A DNA stretch of 64,000 bases from Paecilomyces variotii (lineage: Eukaryota): the NCBI GenBank assembly GCA_004022145.1, contig RCNU01000015.1. One strand, given 5' to 3'. Numbering within the stretch: the first letter of the stretch is position 1; every line of letters begins with the position of its first letter. The notes below the pieces were generated by a model. It searched no databases, was not told the origin of the DNA, and worked only from the letters and a program-made list of their open reading frames with translations. A program made the translations under genes and the position numbers. This document shows, one piece after another, positions 12,613 through 24,987 of the stretch.

Positions 12613-13587
12613 TCAGTGAGAGTGTCCCCTAAGCTCGTCTTGTAGTCCAGTTCTACTGCAGGAGATCGCCAGCCGTCTTTCAATATCTGGAATGCTACCT
12701 TGATACATCAAGGACTGAAGGATAGGTTCCCCCAGCCGCATCTGGTCGTTCGATACGGCGAATTTGAATAGATTGACACCAGATATTGGAGGGTATCCAA
12801 ACGACGCCTGCAGATATATAGTGTCGTTGACTATGACACCGTTTGCTCTGTGGTAAATCTCCGGGAGCCCCCAATGTTGATAAGTCGCATCGACTCCAAG
12901 CACGGTCATCTCCTGATACGAGACAGTGGGCACCGAAGCACCGGTATCGTGAAGGAATTCGAAACGAGACCATAGAGCTGCTCCCAGCGGGGAGATAGAG
13001 ACGTTATATAACTATGTATTAGATTTATAGTAACTGACGTAGCATATGGTGGTTGCCTGTCGGATATAAAGTTCCCCTGAATGCTGGTAACAGGTATCGA
13101 GGGGCAGAGTGACACTGGACATTAGCTATTAGAGATCCTGAACTATGTAGATAGAGAGTAGATAGAGACCTACCTCTTCAATCCATAGATCACGCAGTAT
13201 AGAGTATTCGCTTACTATGTCGTTGATCATAGAAGGTGTCATAGGCTTCGGTCCAGCTATTAGTTGGCCGTTTTTAAAGATGTAGTAATTCCCCGGTATA
13301 AACTGCAAGGTTCCTGATTTATATGCATTCAACACAGCAACGGCATTCTCGCGCTGTCCCGGGATCTTAAGCACTCCTGGTGTCTGTAATATTGTCTCAA
13401 TGTCTTGAATCCTTTGTTGCAGGGGTGTTGGTGGGGGAGGAAGCTTGTCAAGTTCCTCGAATAGCTTTTCCATCGTCTCGCGAGGAATAAGTCCTGCATT
13501 GCAATGGGCAACTATAGCATCTCTGTACTGTTTTGTATTTGCGCTATGCGGATTTAGTATGTTCACATGCATATCAGTCTCGGTCAT
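12613..13587 (-). CDS. Hypothetical protein with C-terminal retropepsin-like (clan AA, single-domain) aspartic protease; probably 3 exons
   Basis: Exon 1 13587-13174, then intron GTAGGT...GCTAAT..CCAG (13173-13115). The last exon frame reads WSRFEFLHDTGASVPTVSYQEMTVLG...HRANGVIVNDTIYLQASFG...DQMRLGEPIL, with DTGAS at 12948-12934. The second intron boundary is ambiguous. Confidence 0.7.
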
Positions 13588-14021
13588 TCCTTACAACATT
13601 GGGATGGCAGGAAGATCGTTAGTATTTTCCATTGTTATGGGTTCCCGTTAGTTATGCGGTTCTGAGTGTAGGCGGGGAGATTACGAAGATGAGCGCAGAG
13701 GATTATCGATGCAGTCTTGTTGCCTTAATATGCGTGCCACTGAATGTGAATAGAATCGATTGCGTGCAATTGATAGTTAATATGGGATAGATAGATCAGA
13801 CGATGTTTTAGTGGAGTGGTGACGGGAGCGGCTCGCCGAGAAAAGACCATGACCAGCTGCCTGGGAGCCTCAGGCCGCTCACCACTCACACCACCCGCAA
13901 AAACCCGTCCAACTCAGTCCGGTCGGTCTCTCCTCTGGCCGTCCGTCCTCGACAACATCCTCACCACTATCTCTCTCCCACGATACCAATTCGCTCCCAA
14001 CTCCCTCCCTCCGTCTCTCCA

Positions 14022-14931
14022 ATGTCGTCCACCGCCGTCTTCCGCATCGCGACCCGATGCGTCCGCGCCTCGAGCTCGTTCAGAGCTCCCTACGTCGCCC
14101 GCTCGCGGGTGCAGACTGTTGCACCAGCCGCGCCCATTGCTCTCGGTTTCGGCGGATACAGCAGCAACTTCAGCACGACCACCAAGCGCTCCAGCGGTCA
14201 CGAGGAAGAGACGTACGAAGAGTTCTCTGCTAGGTACGCCATCTCGCCAATTGAGTCCCCATGAGGCCGTTCGCGATGGGAAGAAGAAAAGGTCGAAGGA
14301 ACTGGAACAGGACTGCGGTCACATCCGGACGACCGCCTCCGACCCACGCGGCAGGCCAGAAGGGTTTATCTGGGGAAGAGCAGAGTCACTGATGCCTCCA
14401 ATGATAGATACGAGAAGGAATTCGATGCAGTGCAGGATGTCTTCGAGCTCCAGGTATGCTAGTTGTGCTACCCGCTGGGAAAGAAAAGCGGCATCCCATC
14501 TGCTTGATTATCTGCTCTGTCATTGGCAGAGAGCCCGAACATCCGATCTGGGCTAACCACCCTGGCCTTGTGCCATCACAGCGAAACCTCAACAACGCCT
14601 TCGCCTACGATCTCGTGCCCTCTGTTGAGGTGCTTACTGCTGCCCTGAAGGCTGCCCGTCGTGTCAACGACTTCCCTACCGCTGTCCGGGTCTTCGAGGG
14701 TACGTACCAAAATCCCACCAAATCCCGCCCATCGCCGTCCCAACCAATTCTACATGACACTCTAGATCTCTTATACCCGGACGAATCTTACACTGACTGC
14801 TTTCTTCTTTTTCAGGTATCCGCGCCAAGGTTGAGAACGAGAGCCAGTACAAGGAGTACCTTGAGCAGCTTGACGGTCTGCGCAAGGAGCTCGGCGTTGT
14901 CCTCCGTGAGGAGCTCTACCCCCAGAACTAG
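14022..14931 (+). CDS. COX6: Cytochrome c oxidase subunit VI (mammalian COX5A homologue), mitochondrial precursor, 4 exons
   Basis: Arg/Ser/Ala-rich presequence; spliced product HEEETYEEFSARYEKEFDAVQDVFELQRNLNNAFAYDLVPSVEVLTAALKAARRVNDFPTAVRVFEGIRAKVENESQYKEYLEQL...REELYPQN*. Confidence 0.96.
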
Positions 14932-16505
14932 ATTACCTCGCTGGGATAATTCTGTCAACGAATCAAAGTAAAGCTGTATACATACCTAGAGCTGGAGTTG
15001 CGGAAGCAATCGCATTGTCGCATATCGTTGGTGTCCTGCTGATGCCGGCTCCGGAGGGCGGAGCCCAAGCCAGCAGAGGAGAGGAACATTTTTGTCATAC
15101 CACATGTCTACCTAGCCTACATCTGTAACATTGAAGATAATGCGACGAGGTGTTTCTTTATCTTGCAAGAGGTTATCATTGACAGCTGCTTATATCCGAG
15201 GAAGTAGGGGTCTCATCACTTCCTGTTGCGTCGAATCGTGATATCATCTCCTAATGCGCAATCAGTGGCTGCCGCAGACATTCCACGACCATTGTGCCTT
15301 CACTTTTTTTTGACAATGCATCAACTACGCGTGATTTACATCTGGCCTAATTGATCAATCTATATAAAAATAAAATTACCCATCAAATCCCGCCACTGCT
15401 ATGACATCCAGGTCCTTCCTGCTATCCCAGCTGCAGCTTAGCCTTACTTACAATCTGAACCCTTCGACCTGCTACATCCATTCCATGGCATACGATACCT
15501 TATGTTTCAACTATAGCTTGAGTCCTTATCATGCTAGACTCAACTGGACATTTATCGTGATCACTGCGGACAGCTCCGGATTGTTTTGACATTAAACTCA
15601 GTACTCCCGGCAGGCTTCCGATTCTGGTATTAAGAAATATTCTACTCTCCCAGCGGATGCTCTATCGAAGTGAAACCCTCCTGAACAATGGGGCATCAAG
15701 CCCAATCTCCCTCTTCCACGATGAAGTGCTTTCTGTCCGATGCATTTATCAATTCTTTGATCGTCTACTGCTTATACTTATACCTCAGTGAGTTGTTAGA
15801 GATGTCAGATAGTGAAAATCACCTTTTTAAGTTCCACTGATTCAGCCTATTTTAGTGGAGTTTCATTTTCAGGATCTACAGCCCCGAGTTAACTATTTCG
15901 TAAGAAAGTAAACAAGTAATTCGTAACAAACCGTGCACAGACAATACTAGACTGATAATGTATGTGCACGGAGTGAGTGACACTATCTACTATAGTTCTC
16001 TATGGGCTAATTATCTGACGAGCTTGCAGGCCATAATGCAGTCGCTGGATAATCAGTGCATTCAATCATGCATATGCACGCAAGCGCAACTGGTGTTGGG
16101 GGATCGAAGGAAAAGAAAATCGAACAGAATAAATGCATGTATAAATTACAAGAAAGAGTTCACACTCTGAATAGCCCAAATAGATAAGTCACCAAAGAAA
16201 CCCTCATCGGAACGCCTTTACTTTAGTTATATCTTCAACCGAAAAGTCGTGATATTGTTGCGGGGAGGAGATTTCTCCGGGGTCCGTCATGATATACACT
16301 CTCGTGCAATGTGCGGGTGGGGAATGGCGCTGCAGTCCATCCGTATCTTGCCTCGTGTGATGAAGACAGGAGGAGGAATAGATGGGGGGAGTTATATGGC
16401 TCCCAGCCGAGGGAGCGAAGAGATGTGATGTAACCTAGTCTTTTGGGTGAGGACTCTGCTTGAGCCCCCCATGAGCAAGGTATACCGGCTGGTCCAGTCT
16501 GCAGA

Positions 16506-17884
16506 CTAATGCGTTCCGACGTGTTTGAAATAGCTTGGTCGGCAATCTTCCTTTGCCAGGAAGGGCTCACCAGCGTAGAACTTGCCGGGTGTACAGCCAG
16601 AACATTTGGGCGAATTTGGGCAGTTGAAGTAGGGGATATGGCGGTAACCAATATCTCGGAACCTGCACAGAATAAAATTAGACAATGCATTACTTGAAGT
16701 TATTGTCAAAACGACGTATGTACTCACCAGTGAATCTTGCTGGCATCCTCAAAGAGACCCAGCCCGATCGAGTGGACAGGTGCATCACCCCATCTTTCGT
16801 AGAAGAAACCACCTGCGCGGTCAAGGTGATTGAAGTACTCTTCATATTTCTGGCCTCTGAAAAAGTCCATGTCACCGATCTCGAAGTTCGACCAGAAGTG
16901 GCAGGTCGAGTAACCATTGGCGGCCTCGGTATGATCGGGGCGTAGCTGGTCGTCCGTCAACCACCCCAACATGTTATTGTCCGAAATGTAGTCGGGATGC
17001 GCCGCAAGGAACTTCTTCGTCTCGGGCCAAAGCGTCGGGATACTCTGGGGAGCGTCAAACAGATTGATCGTAAAACCGTATGTCTTGTTGTGGTCCTCCA
17101 TGTAGCGAAACACGTCGTAGTCGATGTTACAGAAGAACTGAACCTTGGGTTCAACGCGCCAGTAGTAGCGGGTGTTTTGGAGGGCTGGGTGCTTGTAGAA
17201 CATGCCACTGTTCCAGCGACACATCTGGTGGTAGGACAGCTTTTCGCTGTATTGGATGCCCTGCTCCTTCAACATCGCCGCAGACTCTTTGATGATATCA
17301 TTGTTGATCCATTCGGGCACATCCCAGTGTTCCTTTGGTACCAGCTCTATAAATCATGTCAGACTACGATCCCAAACCGCTTCACGTTGTGCATTTCCAT
17401 GACGTACCGTAGTAGCACTTAGCCTTGGTCTCCGCCTGGGTTCGTCGCTTGAACTCCTCTGTGAAGGGCTTATCGTTGAAGAACGTCCATGGGTAGTTGA
17501 ATTTGTGATTCCATGTTCTCTCGAGATCCCGCATCGTAGGGATCAGCTCGTCCAGCTCCTCGTTCCGGACGAGGGACAGGAGGGTGGCGTTGATGCGAGC
17601 AGAGTTCTCGCTGTCCGGGGCATAGTCGTTGTCCTCCGCACGCCATAACACACCTTCTGGTTCTCCCGTTGCTATAAACGGTCAGTTCCGGTTCAAACGA
17701 GGACAAGAATCTTTTGCAACATACGATCTAGCAAAGGGTCTTTCTTCATGCCATTGACCAACTTATCCCCTGATCCAAAGGTGCCGACCAGGGGCGTGGC
17801 CGTCTTGCGAAGCTGGAAAATAAGGAAAAGAACTAGGAGTATCGATGCTGCGCCTAGCAGCCGGATCGGTCGTGCGACGGCCAT
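16506..17884 (-). CDS. GT15 KRE2/KTR-family Golgi alpha-1,2-mannosyltransferase (Ktr4/Ktr7-like), multi-exon
   Basis: N-terminal TM anchor (IRLLGAASILLVLFLIFQL); motifs NATLLSLVRNEEL, FNYPWTFFNDKPFTEEFK, SYHQMCRWNSG, YYWRVEP, CHFWSNFEI, FFYERWGDAPVHSI and FRDIGYRH. Confidence 0.95.
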
Positions 17885-18227
17885 CTTGACATCGAGCAGA
17901 CGTCCTCGTTCGAAAATGGACGCAAGAGAAGCTGTCGCTGTTATTCAGAGCAGTTCTCCGCAAAGACTGTCGGAGTATTCCAGGCCCGCTGGGGGGTTTC
18001 CAGGTCACGCTTTACTCGGTCGGGCGGTAGCGTGGCAAAGCAAACGCGTCCTCCTCTCAGACAACAAAGAACGGAGCATGAAACTCGCCTCGTTAGCGAC
18101 TACTCTTTATGGATGCCTCGAGTAACCTGGTTGGATCCTGATAGATCCAGTAGCACTCGTTCATGCCATGGAGGGAGCAAAATAAGAAGATCTCGATGGT
18201 GGAAAACGGGCCCTATCTCGTCCCATC
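17885..18227. promoter_or_regulatory. Short divergent (likely bidirectional) promoter between the KTR gene and GCP5
   Basis: Only 343 bp separate the two head-to-head start codons (17884 on -, 18228 on +). Confidence 0.5.
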
Positions 18228-20978
18228 ATGGCCCTAGCCGCAGATATAAGCGCATTGTTAGACGATCTAATCACTGTCATTGCAAAAACATCAGACAAGG
18301 CATCTCATGCCCCGGTTCTTTGTGTGGACTAAATTACTAACGTACAGTAGACTACATCGCGTTTCAAGAGACTGAAGAGCAATGCGGAGAGTACGATCAA
18401 GAACAACAGGTCAACGCGAACCGACCAGTTCGCGGTGGCCCGTCAGCTAGATGGTCTCCAGGAGAAATTCCAGGTGCTGAACCATGATGATCTGGCTGAC
18501 GCGTTACGTCTCCGTCTGGATGAGCTCAACCAGCATGATAGTCCGTGGTTCCCGGAGATCTTGTCTCTATTCCTGCAGCTCTCAGATAGACCAGCAACGT
18601 TATCAAAACCGGAGAAAATTGAGCTGCTCAAGCCGCCGGAACCTCCGCGGTCACTGACTTGGTCTGAAATTGACCCTGCAGGTGCAGCATACTGCGATGA
18701 CAATATCTGGGACGATATTGACTACGGCGAAGAGACCTCGGACGATGATGTCTCGACCGTGTCAAGCGATGTGTCCATCCCGAGGATCGTGCCGCAGAGT
18801 TCCAAAGTCGCTCCGGATGACTATCTCATCCCAGAAGAAGTATTCTCACACGGAGAAGACGAAGGATTGATTTCTGCGATCAAGAGCTCTCAGTTTTGGA
18901 AGGCTGAGGCAGTGACCCGCGGCGAGGATTACTCCTGCCCGGTCACAGAACTACAAGTGGTCAGAGAAACTATTTTTATGCTTCAGGGGCTTCCAGCATC
19001 GTTGTATTGGCGCCTTGATGACAGTATCGAAGTAGACCGGAGATATGTTCTCCGCCATTCCTCGAACCAAGCATTTTCCGCACTGCTTTGCTCGTTCAGC
19101 TCTCTAGGAGCTAAGATAGACGCATTGCGGAGATTTGTTAAGATCCCGCAATCGGTCCTCTATGTGCAGACTTTCCATCGTGGTATTGAAGAATGTCTAT
19201 CAATGTTTGATGCCGCGTTGTCAAACATGCACGCACGTTATCTTTCCAAGAGCACAGCAACCACCGTTAGCTTGTTGCAGCTTTTTGAGGATGTTCAAAG
19301 GGAGTCACGACTACTGATTCCATTAGCCAACTTACTGGAGGGCCTCAGATCCCGTCCATCTCAGGACTCTTTCGAATGCCTTGACAGGCTTTATGACTTA
19401 GTAGGTACATGCCAGGCAGCAGGTGCAGACGATGAGTTTGCATACTTTGCGAAACTGTTCTTCGCTTGCTTTGAGTCGTATATCAAACCCATACGACTGT
19501 GGATGGAGACAGGACAGCTGGACACTTCTCAGGGCACGTTTTTCGTCTCAGAAGCCGCTGATAGAAACTCTGATCTGCGAACCCTCTGGCATGATTGGTA
19601 TATGCTGGACCAGAAAGAGGGTCGTCTGTACGCTCCCAAGTTTCTGAAGCCGGCTGCCCGGAAAGTATTCACTACGGGAAAGAGCATGATCTTCCTTCGA
19701 AATCTCAACATCGCGCCGGAGAATCTGAATCAATTAGAGAGAACGTCGCTTTCTTTCGAAGATGTCTGTCCGGACGATTCGTCGCTTTTAGTTCCTTTCG
19801 CCGGACTATTGGAGACGGCCTTTGACCGGCTGATCGAGGCAAATCACGCATTTACATCGTCTTTGCTGCGACAGCAGTTGGATAGCCAATGCGGTCTCTG
19901 GATCTCACTCCAGGCTCTCGAGTACATCTACCTGTGCAGGGACGTGACCATCTCCAGCTCCGTAGACTACAAAATCTTCGAATTGATCGACAAAGGACGC
20001 CGGGCATGGAACGATAGATTCCTCATAACGGAGCTGGTGCAGGAAGTCTTTGGTGAACTTCCTTGCGTGGACACCTCCAGGCTTATCATGCGATCGTCGC
20101 CTGGGTCCTACCGGGACGTCGACAACCGTGCTCGATCTGTGAAGATTTTGAAGTCTCTCTCCATTGATTATATCCTCCCCTGGCCAGTGGCCAACATCAT
20201 CACAAAAGACGCTATCCAAGCCTACCAGCGCGTATACACCTTCCTCCTGCAGATCCGACGAGCAAAGTACGTCGTCTCGAAGCAACGCTTCCCAAGAGGC
20301 CCCGACCGGGGCATCGAATACGAAGACGAGGAGGAGAATCTTTGCTACGCCATCCGCCACAACCTCCTCTGGTTCATCAATATTCTCTACAGTCATTTGA
20401 CAGAAATGGTCATATCGACCACGACAGCAAAGATGCAAAAAGAACTCTCCGCAGCCACGGATGTCGACGGCATGATCACCGTCCACCGATCCTACATGAC
20501 CTCTCTCGAAGACCAATGCCTCCTTTCAAAGAACCTCGCTCCCATCCACCAAGCTGTAATCAGCCTCCTCGACCTCTGCATTCACTTCTCAGACGTCCGA
20601 TCTTCCCGACACGCCGAGAATGAATTCGACCAGACAAACCGATCGTTCCGAACCTCGATACTCAGCTACGAGCATTTCTCACACCGAAAGAAGCGACGTC
20701 GAAGACGACAAAACACAGACGACACATCCGACGAAGACGATGACGATGATGATGACGAGGAAGATAGCATGTACGACGAAGGCAACACAACAGGCAACAT
20801 CTCCTTTGCCGAATCATCTTATGGCCACCGTCTGCGGAGCCTAAAGAGCCAATTCGAGCAACTGCTCGCCTTTGTAGCAGCCGGTCTGCGAGGCGTCGGC
20901 CGAGTCGATGGACAACTAAGCTGGGAAATGTTAGCAGAGAGGTTAGAGTGGAAAAAGGAACGGTTTGTGGGCGCTTAA
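18228..20978 (+). CDS. GCP5: Gamma-tubulin complex component, Spc97/Spc98 (GRIP-domain) family, GCP5-like
   Basis: Short first exon MALAADISALLDDLITVIAKTSDK (18228-18299), intron 18300-18350, then a long exon with RTDQFAVARQLDGLQEKFQVL, TELQVVRETIFMLQG, W.ETG.L, TTGKSMIFL, YILPWPVANII and YQRVYTFLLQIRRAKY; acidic loop near the C-terminus. Confidence 0.88.
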
Positions 20979-21134
20979 GTTGGAAATAATTAATGAGCCG
21001 CATGATGAGTGCTCGTCTAGTTTCGACTCTATGAAAAGATGAAACCCAATACCCAACGCTTATAGAACTGCTATTCTCACACCACTGAATTCCATCCCAA
21101 ATACGGTCCCATTCGCTAAGTAAGCACCGAATAT

Positions 21135-22933
21135 TCATGCTTCATCCGGAAATGGCCACATCTTCATCGCTTCTTCCGGGGACTTTTCGCCAGCCATTCG
21201 CTCGATGAACATAGACAGCAATTCCTTGTTCTGTTTGCGCTTTTCCGCAATGTCTACTTCAGGCGCCACCCATCCCTCAGCATCAGTATCTAGGCATTCC
21301 CACGCCAGGCGTTGGACCTCATGCCAAGCTTGGTATTCAAGAAACTGCTGTTCATGTGTATCGATTTCCTCCTCCGTAAATGAAAAAGGACACTGCCCAG
21401 TAAAGCCCAGAGTCGACCAATTCTGAAAGATTTCTATCAGACATGCTCGAAGTGGAATCACACCAACCTCAGAGACCTCTCCACAGCGAATAAAAAGCTC
21501 TCGGAAGACGCGCGGCACATTCATCATAGCTTCGTGCGCAACTCTGTCTTCAAGATAGGTTGAAACTTCGTATGCCTTTGCCAACTTTGCCTGGGACCAT
21601 TCGCGTTGAGCAAGCAATTTGCTGTCTTCATCCAACTCATCAAACTCGTCAGGAAGTTTTGGCTGCACAAGTCCTTTTATGTAACTGTGTGGGGGTTTCA
21701 GGAATATGGGCCACTGTGCCTGAAGAAATGCGGGCAACACGGAAAGAGATTGAAAATCAATCATAGATACTATCTGTGAGCTCTCATTAGGTGCAACATA
21801 TATATTTCCCATGTGTAGATCGGTGTGCCACAAAGTAGGTTGACCCGACTTGATTAGTGTTGGATGAGAATCCAACATGCGCATGAGACTGATGGTGGAT
21901 TCGAGCAGATGGGCCTGCTCTTGAACACTTCCTTGATAGAACATCGGTGATCTATCTGGACGCTTGCTTGATATTTGAGATAGCTCCCGTTTTGCGATCG
22001 ATATCCCAAGATCTGATATTGTCGTCCCTATGCAGTGATTAGTTTGTATGACTTGAAAAGCCCATCGTACTTGGAAGGTCCTTGGTTAATGTCCTGGTTG
22101 AGAAATGAACGATCACAAGAAGGGCCGATACAGAATTAACTTGATGGATCAATACTCTCATCGAGTAAATGGCGATGGAACTTCAGGACGCTTGCATCTG
22201 CTCGAAGGTATAATCCACCATACGCAGGAAATCGAATAGCCGATAATTGAGCCTCAAACTTAGTCAAGTTCTTTATGAGTTCCAATTTTTCAATCTCTTT
22301 CATATTGGCCCATCGCTGAAACAGCGGAACCCCTGCGGCCTTCTCCATGATTATGTATTCAGCACCTACAGGGTTCGTGCAGTCTGAGGACCACGACAGG
22401 ACACGTGGAACTGGTATACTTCTGTTTCTTCGCACTGGTCGGCTAATAAGTATGAGCTGCTTGAAAAATCCGCAGCGTAGGGAGACATACCATATTCTAA
22501 AACTCCTACTTCCGATGCCGTCGTTAGACATGTCGGGCCAGCAATGCGGGTGGGAATCTTAGCAATGATCTCTTTTCCATTTTCTTTTCTCATCAGAAGA
22601 GCCTTGCTAAAGCCTCCTTCCATCTTTTCAATAGTTGTGATGCGAGACGACTCGTCGCCTGCAACTGCAGCGACATCGCAAAGGGCATCTATATTGAATT
22701 TCACGTAACGTCGATCGAGCTGGCGTTGTTCGTCAATGAGGAAATGGCCATTCGTATACGCGAAGAGTTCATCACGACTGATCAATCTACCTGTTCTGAA
22801 ATGAGGAAACCTTCAATAATATTGCTTTTTCTTTCCTTTCGGGAAGAAGGGTATTACCATGACAAAATATGGACAGTTTGGCTCTTGGTTGACGACATCG
22901 CATCTTTCTGAAATTCCTGAACCCTGAGAACAT
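21135..22933 (-). pseudogene. APH/choline-kinase-like phosphotransferase (Aim9-like fungal family), disrupted
   Basis: Motifs ELFAYTNGHFL, EGGFSKALL, TTASEVGVLEY, IPVPRVLSWS, VGAEYIIMEKA, LWHTDLHMGNIYV and MIDFQ. In-frame TAA at 22138-22136 directly before FCIGP. The intron inside the W codon of GPW has CCAAGT in place of a GT/GC donor at 22074. Confidence 0.8.
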
Positions 22934-23610
22934 TGCAGTTTCCGGGGCCGCTAAATGATTAGGAAAGCTACCTATAATAAGATAAGCCTGTTAAGTTATG
23001 TTCTCGAGCTCTGGAGGCCAGCCTCAGTTAAACAGAAACGAAGGCTGAAATGTCTAGCATCCCTTTAGATAAAGCGGTTGTTGATATTTACTCTTATAAC
23101 TAACTATACTATAACTGGCTTAGCTTTAATATACGGGAGCCACATACAATAATAATAATGGACTTTCCTAGGCTCTCGGCAGATGGACTATAAATTGGAT
23201 ACTATTTTTAGCTGATATAAGGTGGATGCAAAATAATAGTACTCCATCCGCCGCCTCGACATTACCGCTCCATCTATATACAGGTGACCTCTAGAAGGGT
23301 TGTGGCTTCCGGATTTTCGCACGATCTCTCGAGGGTTCTCACCTGCGATGTCTTTCAGTCAAAATCTATGTATTCGTTTTCGAAGAAAGTCGAGAGGTTC
23401 ATCAGACGTATGTATGTAGCTTTCAGTATAGATCGTCATAGCTCCTACGACGGACCTCTGTCCTTTCCTTTTCCTGAACGACAATTTGGGACAGTCCCTT
23501 TTCATTTCCTAGTCGGGAAGGGCGTATCCGAGTCCGATTATTCCACGAATAATACAATTTCTGCTACAACTCAAAACGTCCAGCTGTAGCACCTACTACA
23601 CGAATTAATT

Positions 23611-24739
23611 TTACTTATCATCTTCAAACCATTCATCTTCCAACAACTCCCTCGCCGAAGGCCTATCTCTCCAATCCATCTTCATTATTTTCCCAACAAA
23701 CACCTTATCTCTATTACAGACCTCTCTCTCAGTCGTTCGCTGAAACGGTGTCATTCGCGACTGCGGGATCTCATGCATGAGATAGAGGATAGCAGTGATT
23801 GTCTCCGGGGTTGCGATCTCCTCGTACTTTTCCGGGAATGGCCCGAAGTAACGGAATTGTTGTTTTAGAACCTCTAACCCATACTCTTCGTGGCCATATG
23901 GCACCGTCTTGGGACGAAAGAGGTTAAAATTCCCACCATAGATGAGACTGATAAGCTGAGTGAGAGAGACTGCGATTAGCACCATCATTTAGTTCCGGGT
24001 TATTATTTGAGCATACCAGGGCCCCAAACGACCAGGTGTCGGTTGCAGTATTCCAGGGAGTTTCCATAATCACCTCGGGGCTCGACCACATTGCTGCTCC
24101 AATTGGCGTGCCTTCTTTGGCATATATCGAGTCTGCAGGACATGCACCACCAAGATCGCCTAGCTGGACATCAGAGAACCGTATATCACCATCTGTGTTG
24201 TAATTCACAAAGACATTATCCGGTTTAACATCTTTATACCTCATGTTAGTTGGAAAAGCTGCTGCTAAAAGCGGTCTCGCCTCGATTTTAGTTACCTGTA
24301 TGGACATAACCACCCCCATGAAGCACCAGTAATGCTTGCAGGATACGTTTCGAAATGTATTTCAATTCTTTTCGATTCAGGGGCTTATTGATCGACGCAT
24401 TTAACAGATGATCATCGAGATGCTTCAAAACAATGGTTGGAGGTTGAGACGGCTCTTCAATCTCATCAATTAATGGTCGCAAAGATGGTATTCGATCTTG
24501 AAACCGCTTAAGAACATCTCGCTCGTTCTCCACACGAGGGTGTCCGTGTACTCCTTTGATAGTTACTCGATCCTCGGCCTGGTTTCTGTGCAGAGTGAGT
24601 CACGTAATTTCTTCTCACAACGATGTCTAGAATGATCGACTTACTTAGCGAACCAGACAGTATCTTGGATTTGCTTAGTGATAGTGTATCTTCCCAATCT
24701 TCCTCGGAGGGTCTGTCCTAGTCGAAAGAGTGAAGACAT
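23611..24739 (-). CDS. Atypical fungal Ser/Thr protein kinase-like protein, 4 exons, appears intact
   Basis: Spliced product MSSLFRLGQTLRGRLGRYTITKQIQDTVWFAK|NQAEDRVTIK...VENERDVLK...YVHT|DVKPDNVFV...VQLGDLGG...WSSPEVI...ATDTWSFGAL|LISLIYGG...DWRDRPSARELLEDEWF. Catalytic-loop and DLG motifs are present; no canonical Gly-rich loop; one AAG acceptor is needed. Confidence 0.85.
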
Positions 24740-24987
24740 AGGTAAGGGAGGTTGCGATACCAATAGAAGTGATAGCGTTGGGATTCACTGCATTTCGGGT
24801 TATGACTCGGAGAACAAGTGAGAACAGATCGCAGATAATAGTGCTTGTGCAATGATAGTTGTGAGTTTTGTTAGGTCGCAGTTTTGATCCAAGGGGATGT
24901 TTAGTTGCAGACCGTGGAGGATCGAGGTACTTATTGCCGCCTGATACAAACTGACCGCTTCGAGCCGAGTCTACCTTGTTAGACCTG

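Noticed and set aside
12400..13800. LTR retrotransposon interpretation of the aspartic protease motif
   Set aside because: No LTRs, PBS/PPT, gag zinc knuckle, RT or integrase, and the gene has spliceosomal introns.
21002..21089. ATGATGA...CTGA spacing suggestive of a box C/D snoRNA
   Set aside because: No terminal stem or convincing rRNA guide; it lies in the short region between convergent 3' ends and is probably chance. snoscan or Infernal would settle it.
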